Both the position numbers and the translations under genes were made by a program. A stretch of 54,957 nucleotides of DNA. Origin: an uncultured Phycisphaeraceae bacterium (GTDB taxonomy: Bacteria; Planctomycetota; Phycisphaerae; UBA1845). How positions within the stretch are numbered: position 1 is the stretch's first letter; each line of letters begins with the position of its first letter. Below the pieces are notes generated by a model, which had not been told where the DNA came from, ran no database searches, and saw only the letters and a program-made list of their open reading frames with translations. The stretch is from the NCBI GenBank assembly GCA_964405925.1, contig CAYOQG010000003.1, positions 1 through 54,957 of the forward strand, in the 5' to 3' direction. Positions 8,772-18,646 of this stretch are shown one piece after another.

Positions 8772-10555
8772 TGGACCATGTCCCATGACAGCAGCGTGTC
8801 AGATGCGATGTCGACGGTGGCTGTTCGATCTACGATTTGATCGAAGTCCCCCGGCTCTATGCCTGTCCCGGGACGTTTGAGGGTAAGCATGTCGGGGGTA
8901 ATCCGTGTTCCGACCGGGATGTCCCTTGCGGCGACCACACTCCTGCCGGCGACCGCCCGAACCTCCTGCTGCTGCTCGAAAAGACCCACTTCTCCAGTCC
9001 CAAGAGCTTTCTCTGTCTCACGAACGGCTGCCACGTACTCGGCGAGCTGAGCTGGTGAAAGCGACATGGCGTGATCGGGACCCGAAACCGTCTGGTCCAA
9101 AGTCAAGTGCTTTTCCAGAACGCAGGCGCCAGCCGCAGCCGCCCACGAACCAACTTTCGTCGACGTCGTATGATCGCTCAGACCACACGGAACACCGTAC
9201 TTGCTTTCGAGTGCGTGGATTGCCCGTAGGTTGATGGCGTTAAGCGGTGTGGGATAGCAGCTTACGCAGTGCAGCAGGATCAGTCGGTCTCCCGCATCCG
9301 CTCGGCACATGCTTTCGACAGCCTTGTCGATTTCGTCGGCAGTCGATGCTCCTGTGGACAGGATGATGGGAAGCTGTGAAGCGGCGGCGCGATGAAGCAG
9401 AGGCGCGTTCGTCAAGTCCGTCGACGCGATCTTGATAGCCGGTGCGCGGAACTCGACCAATTGATCCACCTCTTGTACGCCGAACGGCGTTGCGAGGAAT
9501 ATCACCGACCGCTCATCACAGCGCTCCTTGAGCCTGCGGAACGAGGCCTCCGGGAGCTCGAGCCGTGACAACATGGCCTGCTGCGATGTTTCTCCACACC
9601 CTTTTTTCTGATAAGGGGCGGTCGCGGCAGATCGGGCAACCAGGCTCGCCGCCCGAAACATCTGGAACTTGACCGCATCAACACCGGCTTCGGCGGCTGC
9701 GTCCACCAGGCGGAGGGCGGTCTCCGTCGATCCGTTGTGGTTCACCCCGGCTTCGGCGATGATGAACGTCGGCAGGCCCGGCCCGACAAGGCGATGTCCG
9801 ATTGCCACCGGGTTGGCATGACCCCACGCGGGAACGCGTGGTAGCACATCGGCGTGTTGCCTCCGAAGGATGGCTTCTGCGATGAGCAGATCGACAGGCT
9901 CATCGATGTCGACGGCTTCATCACCTCGCTGGATGATGGCCCGGCGGTCCCTCCCCAAAAACGCCTGATGATCGTCGGGTGTTTCGAGTGCTCCAAAAAG
10001 CGCTTGGCGTGTTACGGCAGCCACGGCTCCGTCGTGGTAGTAAAGCGGATCGAGGTCCTGGCGACGGTAGATGCTGTTGGGTCTAAGCTGGCTCATGTGA
10101 TCACCGTCAAGTCGATGAAGCCAATCGGGATGCTGCTTGCTGACTGGGGCCACGCTGCGGACGGAGTCAGCCTTCGTGCGGATAAGGTGTTCAATCGCCC
10201 GGTCGATCAACCCCTCTGACCGCACGGGGATGTTGCCGTACAGGAGGACGACGATGTCGACGCGCTTGTCGTGCTTTGCCTCCCAACATTCAACGGCATG
10301 TCGGGCAGCGGCGTCCACCGTGGCCGTGTCGCTTGCCAGCGAAGGCGGCCTGTCGATCACCTCGATCTGCGCTTGCCGCGCCAACGCCTTGGCCGGTTCC
10401 GAGTCCGTCGTCAGCACCACACTCGTCAGCAGCCTGTTTCCCGCAGCGTGGTCAAACGTGTACTGAATCACCGGCTGACCGAGCAAGCTGCGCATACACT
10501 TCCCGGGTAATCCCCGGCTTCCTGCGCGCGCAAGAATAACACCTAACACCGTCAT
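8768..10555 (-). CDS. neuB: Fused CMP-nonulosonic acid synthetase (NeuA-like) / nonulosonic acid synthase (NeuB-like) with C-terminal SAF domain
   Basis: N-terminal ILARAGSRGLPGK...DIDEPVD (cytidylyltransferase). Then FIIAEAGVNHNG, AVKFQ, KIAS, LSTG, HCVSCYP, GLSDHT, EKHLTLD and KRPGTGI (SAF). Confidence 0.92.
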   Translation of the reverse strand: MTVLGVILARAGSRGLPGKCMRSLLGQPVIQYTFDHAAGNRLLTSVVLTTDSEPAKALARQAQIEVIDRPPSLASDTATVDAAARHAVECWEAKHDKRVDIVVLLYGNIPVRSEGLIDRAIEHLIRTKADSVRSVAPVSKQHPDWLHRLDGDHMSQLRPNSIYRRQDLDPLYYHDGAVAAVTRQALFGALETPDDHQAFLGRDRRAIIQRGDEAVDIDEPVDLLIAEAILRRQHADVLPRVPAWGHANPVAIGHRLVGPGLPTFIIAEAGVNHNGSTETALRLVDAAAEAGVDAVKFQMFRAASLVARSAATAPYQKKGCGETSQQAMLSRLELPEASFRRLKERCDERSVIFLATPFGVQEVDQLVEFRAPAIKIASTDLTNAPLLHRAAASQLPIILSTGASTADEIDKAVESMCRADAGDRLILLHCVSCYPTPLNAINLRAIHALESKYGVPCGLSDHTTSTKVGSWAAAAGACVLEKHLTLDQTVSGPDHAMSLSPAQLAEYVAAVRETEKALGTGEVGLFEQQQEVRAVAGRSVVAARDIPVGTRITPDMLTLKRPGTGIEPGDFDQIVDRTATVDIASDTLLSWDMVQ

Positions 10556-10566
10556 GGCTGTTGTAA

Positions 10567-10594
10567 TTATCGGTCGTTAGCTTGGCCGGCTTGA
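10567..10594 (-). promoter_or_regulatory. Putative sigma28 (FliA)-like promoter for the neuAB-neuC operon
   Basis: Minus strand TCAAG-N15-ACCGATAA, 11 nt upstream of the ATG. Confidence 0.5.
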
Positions 10595-10644
10595 TTGGCC
10601 CCGCCGAATTCAATCACAAAGGAACGCCGACTTGGGGAAGTACG

Positions 10645-10989
10645 CTACCTGAAGATGCTTCTGATCTTGTCCTGGATATCCGCCAGTACTTTCTTGGGTC
10701 CGACGCCCAGTCTTCTCTGCACCACCGTCGCGCTTAGCGTCATTAGCTTTGCCCACTTGACAGTCGACGAGCAACGCAGCTTGGTCTCCTCGAAGTACTC
10801 TTCGGTCTCTGAGATCAGATATCCGAATTGATCATGTGCGTCGACCCGGGAACTGATCGGTACGGCGACAAAGTCTTCCCCTTGATTGAACTTGGCGCTT
10901 GATATTACTAGGGCAGGGCGCAGCTTTGCGGCTGTCTGATCGGTGAACGGGTAACTCACAAGGACTATTTGGCCGGGATCAAACGGCAT
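10645..10989 (-). CDS. PemK/MazF family toxin (type II toxin-antitoxin endoribonuclease)
   Basis: GQIVLVSYPFTD...KLRPALVIS...VPISS...L...STV. Start at MPFDPGQ, overlapping the upstream small ORF. Confidence 0.88.
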   Translation of the reverse strand: MPFDPGQIVLVSYPFTDQTAAKLRPALVISSAKFNQGEDFVAVPISSRVDAHDQFGYLISETEEYFEETKLRCSSTVKWAKLMTLSATVVQRRLGVGPKKVLADIQDKIRSIFR

Positions 10990-11194
10990 CTCCGTCGTTC
11001 TCGCTATACTGCTCTTCCTCAGGGTCGCTCCAGAACTCAAGAGTCCCAGAAATCTCAACTGCGTTCATCATGTCGATTGTCGTTGCATCTGCGGGATGCA
11101 CAATCGTAGTTGAAAACCGCTGATACGAAGTCTGTGTCTTCAGTTCGGCTTCGGTTACCGCAACCGACGGAATGTACTCTGCCACGTTACTCAT
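10979..11194 (-). CDS. Putative antitoxin (small acidic protein)
   Basis: 71 aa, directly upstream of and overlapping the PemK gene. Acidic C-terminus LEFWSDPEEEQY resembles WxDxxEDxY-type PemK partners. GGGGGAG RBS. Confidence 0.65.
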   Translation of the reverse strand: MSNVAEYIPSVAVTEAELKTQTSYQRFSTTIVHPADATTIDMMNAVEISGTLEFWSDPEEEQYSENDGDAV

Positions 11195-11603
11195 GATCGC
11201 TCCCCCGATGCTTGAGCTTTTCAAGCGTGAAGGGTCTCATCATAAGAAGGTGCTCATTGCCCCAAAAGCGGATGTATTAAACGCCTGGCTCAGGGAACTT
11301 CACGTTGTTGAGAACGAAGTTCATATCCACCACGGCGACTGGGTCCGCCTTTTCTGGAAAAGGCCCTTCGAGTGAGACCACCACCCGATCGTCCTCACCG
11401 TGGACGATCTCTAGTTTAGCCTTGGATCCCTTACGGAGACCAGTAACAGACGCAAACACAGCCATCCGTGGATGTGTGACTGGAAACTCACGCGCCGCGA
11501 TGCGGTTGAACAAGCCCACCAGGGCCGTCTTACCGCCCGGCTCTTGGTAGATGTTGTCGCACACGACGAGCGCGATTGGAGTCGGCTTCACCTGGTTCGA
11601 CAT
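11187..11603 (-). pseudogene. DUF6941-like protein interrupted by one in-frame TAA at 11277-11279
   Basis: PIALVVCDNIYQEPGGKTALVGLFNRI N-terminus. After FPEPGV* the same frame continues YIRFWGNEHLLMMRPFTLEK...HE*, ending in overlap with the next start codon. Confidence 0.65.
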
Positions 11604-11811
11604 CGCCCTCTGCCTCCATGACGTACATGCTGCCCGATAACTCTTGGCTCACCGCCCGATGCAATTGTACGCGAATCCAAACGGACAGATCTTGGTTAGC
11701 GTGCTCCGCCGCCAGCTTGAACGCTTCTTTCTCGCCCTCAGAGACGCGCAAATCCAACCTCTGCCAGAGCTTCTCATCACGTGGCTTTGGCGGACGTCCT
11801 CGCTTCTTCAT
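11530..11811 (-). CDS. Ribbon-helix-helix DNA-binding protein (DUF1778/MobC-like)
   Basis: MKKRGRPPK...RLDLRVSEGEKEAFKLAAEHANQDLSVWIR. The ATG lies 6 nt after a -10 box. Confidence 0.75.
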   Translation of the reverse strand: MKKRGRPPKPRDEKLWQRLDLRVSEGEKEAFKLAAEHANQDLSVWIRVQLHRAVSQELSGSMYVMEAEGDVEPGEADSNRARRVRQHLPRAGR

Positions 11812-11817
11812 CTCTAA

Positions 11818-11887
11818 ACTGTACACACAAAAAACCTCGGATGCAACGCGAAAGGATCTTAAACAAGAAAGTTTTTGTGTGTACAAT
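11818..11887. promoter_or_regulatory. Back-to-back sigma70 promoters carrying a 14-bp inverted repeat (probable RHH operator)
   Basis: Minus strand TTGCAT-N17-TACAGT (11846-11818). Plus strand TTAAAC-N17-TACAAT (11859-11887). Inverted repeat TGTACACACAAAAA (11820-11833) / TTTTTGTGTGTACA (11872-11885). Confidence 0.75.
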
Positions 11888-11983
11888 TGTTTCAGCGAAA
11901 GCTGCCACTAACGTTGATTACCTTGTCCAAAAGCCCCTCAAAGAAAATGCCGCGCGCGGAAACGGCACACTGGGGACTGCGGC

Positions 11984-13651
<1,668 letters not shown>

Positions 13652-13973
13652 CGAGCGTTTCAAAGGCTCGCCCCCGGCGATCACCACTGTATGGCTTCTC
13701 GCGTGGGTATTCTGAAGCTTCTGGCGGTGCTGCATCGGCATCACGGCTGGCGGCTGCTCGCGGAACACGGCTTCGTCCGATGGCCCTGCGCAGCCAGCAG
13801 GGCGAGGCGGCAACGACCCCTCGTGCCGTCCTAAATTATCTCTCGGCAAACCTGCCCAGTCAACCGAAACCGGCGTTTGTTCTTCCCCAAGGAGTCATTG
13901 GTGCAGGGCGTTATTTGTTTCAGCCTCGTTGAACTTCGAAGGGTTTGGCAGCGTTTCGCTCGCTGCCAGGCTC

Positions 13974-15815
13974 CTATCGCTGCTCAAGGGAGTTGAGGCG
14001 TGAGACGAAGACCTTTGCAGCCTCGTTGTCCTCGCGGCCTTGGACAGCTTTGCGATATGCCTCGATCGTGTCCTCGAGGTAGTCCTGGTGGCCAAGCAGG
14101 GTCATGAGATACATCGTTCCCGCAGCCTGAGCGGCCAGCGTCCATTGTCTTCCGGTGTCTTTGTGGGCGGCTTCCAGCGTTTTCATGGCCTCCGTGACTT
14201 CGGCGACGCCCAGGTCCTGAGCCTCAAGGGCCTTCTCGCGTTCGGCTTGGCTATCGGCTTCGTCGAGCCCCAGTGTCTTAGCCACCACTGCCACGACTCT
14301 GGCGTTCAGCGAATAGGTGTTGTATCGATCACAATACACCCACGCGCGGGCGAGCCTGGCGTCGGCGATTTGGGCGGCGACGTACCCCTTCATCCAGCGG
14401 CTGTTGCCCTGGGTGGCGAACGGGTCCATCTCCGGGGACGACCCCGTCGCTCGGTCGGCCCCTTCGCGGAGCCACATATCTGTGGAATCGGTGGCCTGTT
14501 TGGCCGCCTCGGCACATTCCTCGAACGCGTCAAGCGCATCATCCTCCATGGTGAACGCCTCGGCATCGATCCTGTTGAGTTCTGCGTAGATCTCGGTGGC
14601 CTGTTCAGCCCCTTCCCCGATCCGGCGAACGGCCTCCTGCTGAGTTCCCAGATAGGCGTCCCTCATCGTCTGGAGCCGACCTATCTCACCACGCACGGCT
14701 TCAATGCCGCGTCGAAGGTCGTCGAGCCGGACGAGCAGCACATCGCGGTCATTTCGCTCGTGGAGGAGCCCGCGGCGGATGGTCAGGCCCGTGGTTGATT
14801 TGCCTTCCACGTAGCGGCCCAAGATATAGTCATGACTGGCATCGATATGGGCGTTTGGGTACGAGCCGTACATGAGCTGCTTGGCCTGTCGGTCGGCAGC
14901 ACGAAAAGCCGCTTCGAGCGTCTCGGATCGTTCCCGGAATCGCTCGCCCCCGTTCGGGTCGGAGAAGTCGATCCCCGCGACCCGGAGCTGTTGCCGGGCT
15001 GCATCCGCCTCTGCCCGCTTGGCTTCCGCGGTTTTAAGCTGAGCTTCAAGCTCCGCAATCCTGCGCTGCACGTCTGCCAGCGTCTTCTCATCCTCGACAA
15101 CAAGGGCGTCAATCTGAGCGGTCTGCTCGTGGAGTCGGCTGATCTCTGCATCGATGTTGCTACTGGCGACAAGTTCCCTCGCAGCGACCGATTCTGTCGC
15201 GGCAGCAGCCAACGCAATCAACTCGCGGCGGAAGCTGTCACCCGTGCGACGATAAAGCCGAGCCTGCGTGCGGTCTGCCATCCCCATCTGGCACAGAATG
15301 ACCGCTTTCAAGCGGGTCGCCTCTGCATCAAACCGTGATGACTCGTCACCCTCAGTGATTTCTAGAGCCTGCTCAACGGCTTGCAGAGCATCGTCAAGCA
15401 ACTCCTCGTTGCTTTGGACTAGTTGGTCTTGTCCGCGGATTCCGTCGCTAATTTGGCGGGTGAGATTGCTGTAGTTCGCACGGGCGGCCTGGGTGTCGCC
15501 CATAACCCAGTCGACTGGTTGGAATGCAGCCCACATGGCGCCGTGCGCTTCCTGGTACGCATCCGTCAAATCATCGGACACCACATCGGGTTCGAGCTCG
15601 AATCCTTGCTCGGCGAGGTCATCGGTTAGAAAAACCTTGTACGCCAAGCGGGGGTCATAGCGGTGAAGAAGGCGCCTGGCCCGTTCGACCTGGACTGAGG
15701 CCTCCTGCTCTACAGTGCGTTTTGACCCTTGGAGTGAGGGCAACAGGAGCCATCCGACTACGTATATGGCGACGGCCGCAGCGCAAATGACCCCGGCAGT
15801 GATATTCTTGTTCAC
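13974..15815 (-). CDS. Membrane-anchored coiled-coil/helical-repeat hypothetical protein
   Basis: 613 aa with an N-terminal hydrophobic segment, long Ala/Glu/Arg-rich heptad region, and GGAGA RBS before a GTG start. Confidence 0.8.
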   Translation of the reverse strand: MNKNITAGVICAAAVAIYVVGWLLLPSLQGSKRTVEQEASVQVERARRLLHRYDPRLAYKVFLTDDLAEQGFELEPDVVSDDLTDAYQEAHGAMWAAFQPVDWVMGDTQAARANYSNLTRQISDGIRGQDQLVQSNEELLDDALQAVEQALEITEGDESSRFDAEATRLKAVILCQMGMADRTQARLYRRTGDSFRRELIALAAAATESVAARELVASSNIDAEISRLHEQTAQIDALVVEDEKTLADVQRRIAELEAQLKTAEAKRAEADAARQQLRVAGIDFSDPNGGERFRERSETLEAAFRAADRQAKQLMYGSYPNAHIDASHDYILGRYVEGKSTTGLTIRRGLLHERNDRDVLLVRLDDLRRGIEAVRGEIGRLQTMRDAYLGTQQEAVRRIGEGAEQATEIYAELNRIDAEAFTMEDDALDAFEECAEAAKQATDSTDMWLREGADRATGSSPEMDPFATQGNSRWMKGYVAAQIADARLARAWVYCDRYNTYSLNARVVAVVAKTLGLDEADSQAEREKALEAQDLGVAEVTEAMKTLEAAHKDTGRQWTLAAQAAGTMYLMTLLGHQDYLEDTIEAYRKAVQGREDNEAAKVFVSRLNSLEQR

Positions 15816-15979
15816 CCTATAGTCTCCGTCTCTTGCACCGCTAGCGGCCGGACCAGGCAGCGTCTCGAGACGCCGCCTTAGCAGTCCATCCTTTCCCTCT
15901 GATGGGGGCGGTACCGGTCACGCCAGTCGGCAGCGTGTCACGTGTGTTGGGGCGCGGCGCCCGCCCACGTGGGAGGGAC

Positions 15980-16008
15980 ATTCTAAATCTGCCGGGACTT
16001 GGTTTCAA
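15980..16008 (-). promoter_or_regulatory. Sigma70 promoter for the 15815 gene
   Basis: TTGAAA-N17-TAGAAT on the minus strand. Confidence 0.6.
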
Positions 16009-16101
16009 CCAGACAAACGGTCGGACGCTCAGCGGGACCGCGTCCCCGACGCGATACCCGCATCGAACCCCTTGGCATCGGTCCCACGTCCGCGGGGACG
16101 G

Positions 16102-17667
16102 TCAGTCCGAGGCCTTATTTAGCTTCTCGACCTCGACAATATCGATCGCGATCGACCCGATCTTGGAGATCATGGGGAGGCTCAAGTCAGCTAGACCCGT
16201 GCTCTTGAGCGAGGAGGTCGCGAAGGCGATCCTGGTTGGACTGCACACGGTCTCCCGCAAGGCTGCGTCGACATCGACCCACCGTCCGTCTATATAGAAC
16301 TGGGTCCACATGTGGTAACCGAAGATGTCGTCCTGGCGCCCGAAGATCGGAACGTACGCGACGCCGACGGCCACACGCGAAGGCAGGCCGTTGATCCGAC
16401 CCAAAGCGGCGAGCAGGACCGCGTGTTCGCTGCAATCGCCCTCGCGCGTTCGGCACACCTCGCTCGCTGTCGCGAACCCGATGTTGAGCGTCTTGTTCGA
16501 GACGTAATCGGTCACAAATCGCCTAAGCCGGTCGGCAAGTGCGAACGGGTCAGCGTCGCCGTTACCGGCCCGCTTGGCCAGCTCGATAAGCTCCGGATCA
16601 CTCATGTTTATCATCAGGTTCGAGCTGAGGTACTCGTCCAAACCTTTTTGCCTCAGCGTGTCACCCTTTGACATATTCGGATCACTTGGAGTCTGCCTCT
16701 TGGCAGGTTTGTGCGGCATGCGAACGACCGTCAGTTCCACTGCTCCATCCGGTAGACGGGTGGGTGATTGCATATCCGTTGTGGGAATCTCAGAGAGGTC
16801 AACATCCGGTGCGGTGGCGTGTATCCGATACTTGACTCGCTTCAACTTCTTGGGATCAAGTTGTCGGTTGGCTTTGATCACCGTCTTCATGAACACTTCC
16901 GGTGGGACAAAGTCAGCGAGGGCGGTTCTTTGGTCGGTCGTGAGCATGACCATGTCTCCCAGGCCCGGGACGGGGAACTTCGCTTTCAAAGAGCGACCGT
17001 TTTCATCCACCCAAGAGGTCAGATCCATCTTACCCGTTGGTGCCTCGACCGTGACAAGGACCCGTTGGCCACGTCGGTTCATGCCGCGGTGCTCGAAGTC
17101 TTCCCACTCACCGATCTTTGTGGTGGCGGGGATGGGACCATCTTCGCGGAGTTCGGGTGAGTATGTTGTGATCGTGTATTGAGTCCCAGGTGTGAAACCA
17201 CGGAGGAGTCTCTCCCGATAGTCACCCCAGATCATCAAAGCTCCCGTTGGGTAGTCGTAGGTGTTTGTCTGGTCCATTCCGAGCTGGGACTTGACGATCG
17301 TAACCCGGCCGTCCTTGACCGTTCCCTTGACCGATGTCTTCATCACCGCAAGACTCATTTCAGATCCGAAGCTTACCGGAGTGCCGGTGAGTGTTTCTGT
17401 GGTCTCCTGCACCATTCGGATCTCGATCGGGCTCTCGACCCGCCCGATCTTCAACTGGGTGACGGTCTCGGTGTTGATCAGATCCCCCTCGCGGGCGATC
17501 GTAGACTGCATATAGCCGACCTTGCCCCCGGCCATGTAGACCTCTGCCCACTCATCCAGGAAGCGTCCCTGTGGCGGGTTATTCGGATCGATGACCTCTG
17601 CGCTGCAAGCCCAGACGCTGGCGGCAGGCCATAGGAGCAGCAACAGCATTGCGAGCAACCGTGTCAT
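16102..17667 (-). CDS. Secreted transglutaminase-like (Cys-His-Asp) domain protein
   Basis: Signal peptide MTRLLAMLLLLLW..., GDCSEHAVLLAALGR..GLPSR, YHMWTQ, WVDVD. GGAGA RBS. Confidence 0.9.
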   Translation of the reverse strand: MTRLLAMLLLLLWPAASVWACSAEVIDPNNPPQGRFLDEWAEVYMAGGKVGYMQSTIAREGDLINTETVTQLKIGRVESPIEIRMVQETTETLTGTPVSFGSEMSLAVMKTSVKGTVKDGRVTIVKSQLGMDQTNTYDYPTGALMIWGDYRERLLRGFTPGTQYTITTYSPELREDGPIPATTKIGEWEDFEHRGMNRRGQRVLVTVEAPTGKMDLTSWVDENGRSLKAKFPVPGLGDMVMLTTDQRTALADFVPPEVFMKTVIKANRQLDPKKLKRVKYRIHATAPDVDLSEIPTTDMQSPTRLPDGAVELTVVRMPHKPAKRQTPSDPNMSKGDTLRQKGLDEYLSSNLMINMSDPELIELAKRAGNGDADPFALADRLRRFVTDYVSNKTLNIGFATASEVCRTREGDCSEHAVLLAALGRINGLPSRVAVGVAYVPIFGRQDDIFGYHMWTQFYIDGRWVDVDAALRETVCSPTRIAFATSSLKSTGLADLSLPMISKIGSIAIDIVEVEKLNKASD

Positions 17668-17780
17668 TAGTGTGTCTCCGACAGTCGACCAACCGATCGT
17701 TTCGGTCGCTTGTCCGCACTCTGCTTGGGGCACCGACCCAAACCACGAGCTGACCCCAAACCCGACGGATCATATTCACG

Positions 17781-18539
17781 TTATCGCCCGAACCACTGTC
17801 GCATCTTGTGTAAAGTGGTGTCTCGCCCGGCTTGGGCGATCGACGTGGTGAGCGGGATATCTTTGGGGCAGACCTTCACGCAGTTCTGGGTGTTGCCACA
17901 ATCTGCGATGCCTCCGACGTCGGCGAGTATTTCCAGGCGATCCTCAGCCTCCCATTCTCCGGCGGGGTGCCTGTTGAACCGGATTGCCTGGGAGATGGCA
18001 GCAGGTCCGATGTACGGTGAGCGAGGGGTGACCTGCGGGCAAGCCTCCACACAGCACCCACAGGTAATGCAACCCGACAGTGAGTAAAGCTCTTCCTGTC
18101 GCGCAGACGACATGCGCGGCCCGGGACCCAAGTCGTGATAACCGTCAACGTGAATCCACGCCTTCACGTGTGCGAGCGTGTCAAGGATCAGACCGCGGTC
18201 AACAACCAGGTCACGCAAGACAGGGAACTTCGTCGTGGGGCTGAGCTCAATCCCCTCCCGCGACTCCTCAAGGAGTGAATCCACAAGGGCAGTGCACGCT
18301 TGGCGAACGTGGCCGTTAATCACCATCGTGCATGAACCGCACAGCTCCTGAAGACAGCAAGCCTCAAACGCGACCGGCGTGGTCTCGTGGTGATCCACCG
18401 TCATGGGATTGGCAGCGATACGCTGCAGCACGGTGATCACATTCATCCCGGATTCGTAAGCAAGCTCAAATACTTCCCAGCGGGATTGACTGTTTGGGGT
18501 TGGTTGTCTCAGGATTCTGACTTCGAAGGTCTCACGCAT
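17781..18539 (-). CDS. sdhB: Succinate dehydrogenase/fumarate reductase-type iron-sulfur subunit
   Basis: CLQELCGSC...C (2Fe-2S), DLVVD, CITCGCCVEACP, CGNTQNCVKVCP. GAGGA RBS. Confidence 0.92.
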   Translation of the reverse strand: MRETFEVRILRQPTPNSQSRWEVFELAYESGMNVITVLQRIAANPMTVDHHETTPVAFEACCLQELCGSCTMVINGHVRQACTALVDSLLEESREGIELSPTTKFPVLRDLVVDRGLILDTLAHVKAWIHVDGYHDLGPGPRMSSARQEELYSLSGCITCGCCVEACPQVTPRSPYIGPAAISQAIRFNRHPAGEWEAEDRLEILADVGGIADCGNTQNCVKVCPKDIPLTTSIAQAGRDTTLHKMRQWFGR

Positions 18540-18646
18540 CGATGTTCCTCGTTTGCAGTTTCCTTGTTTTGTGTCCGCCGTTTTCCAACCATCGGCGAAG
18601 CCAGCCCGGGCGTCGGGCCTTGGCATGGCGATCGACGATCTTCAAC

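Noticed and set aside
15856..15877. Near-palindrome GGCAGCGTCTCGAGACGCCGCC
   Set aside because: Single copy with no U-tract; function cannot be assigned
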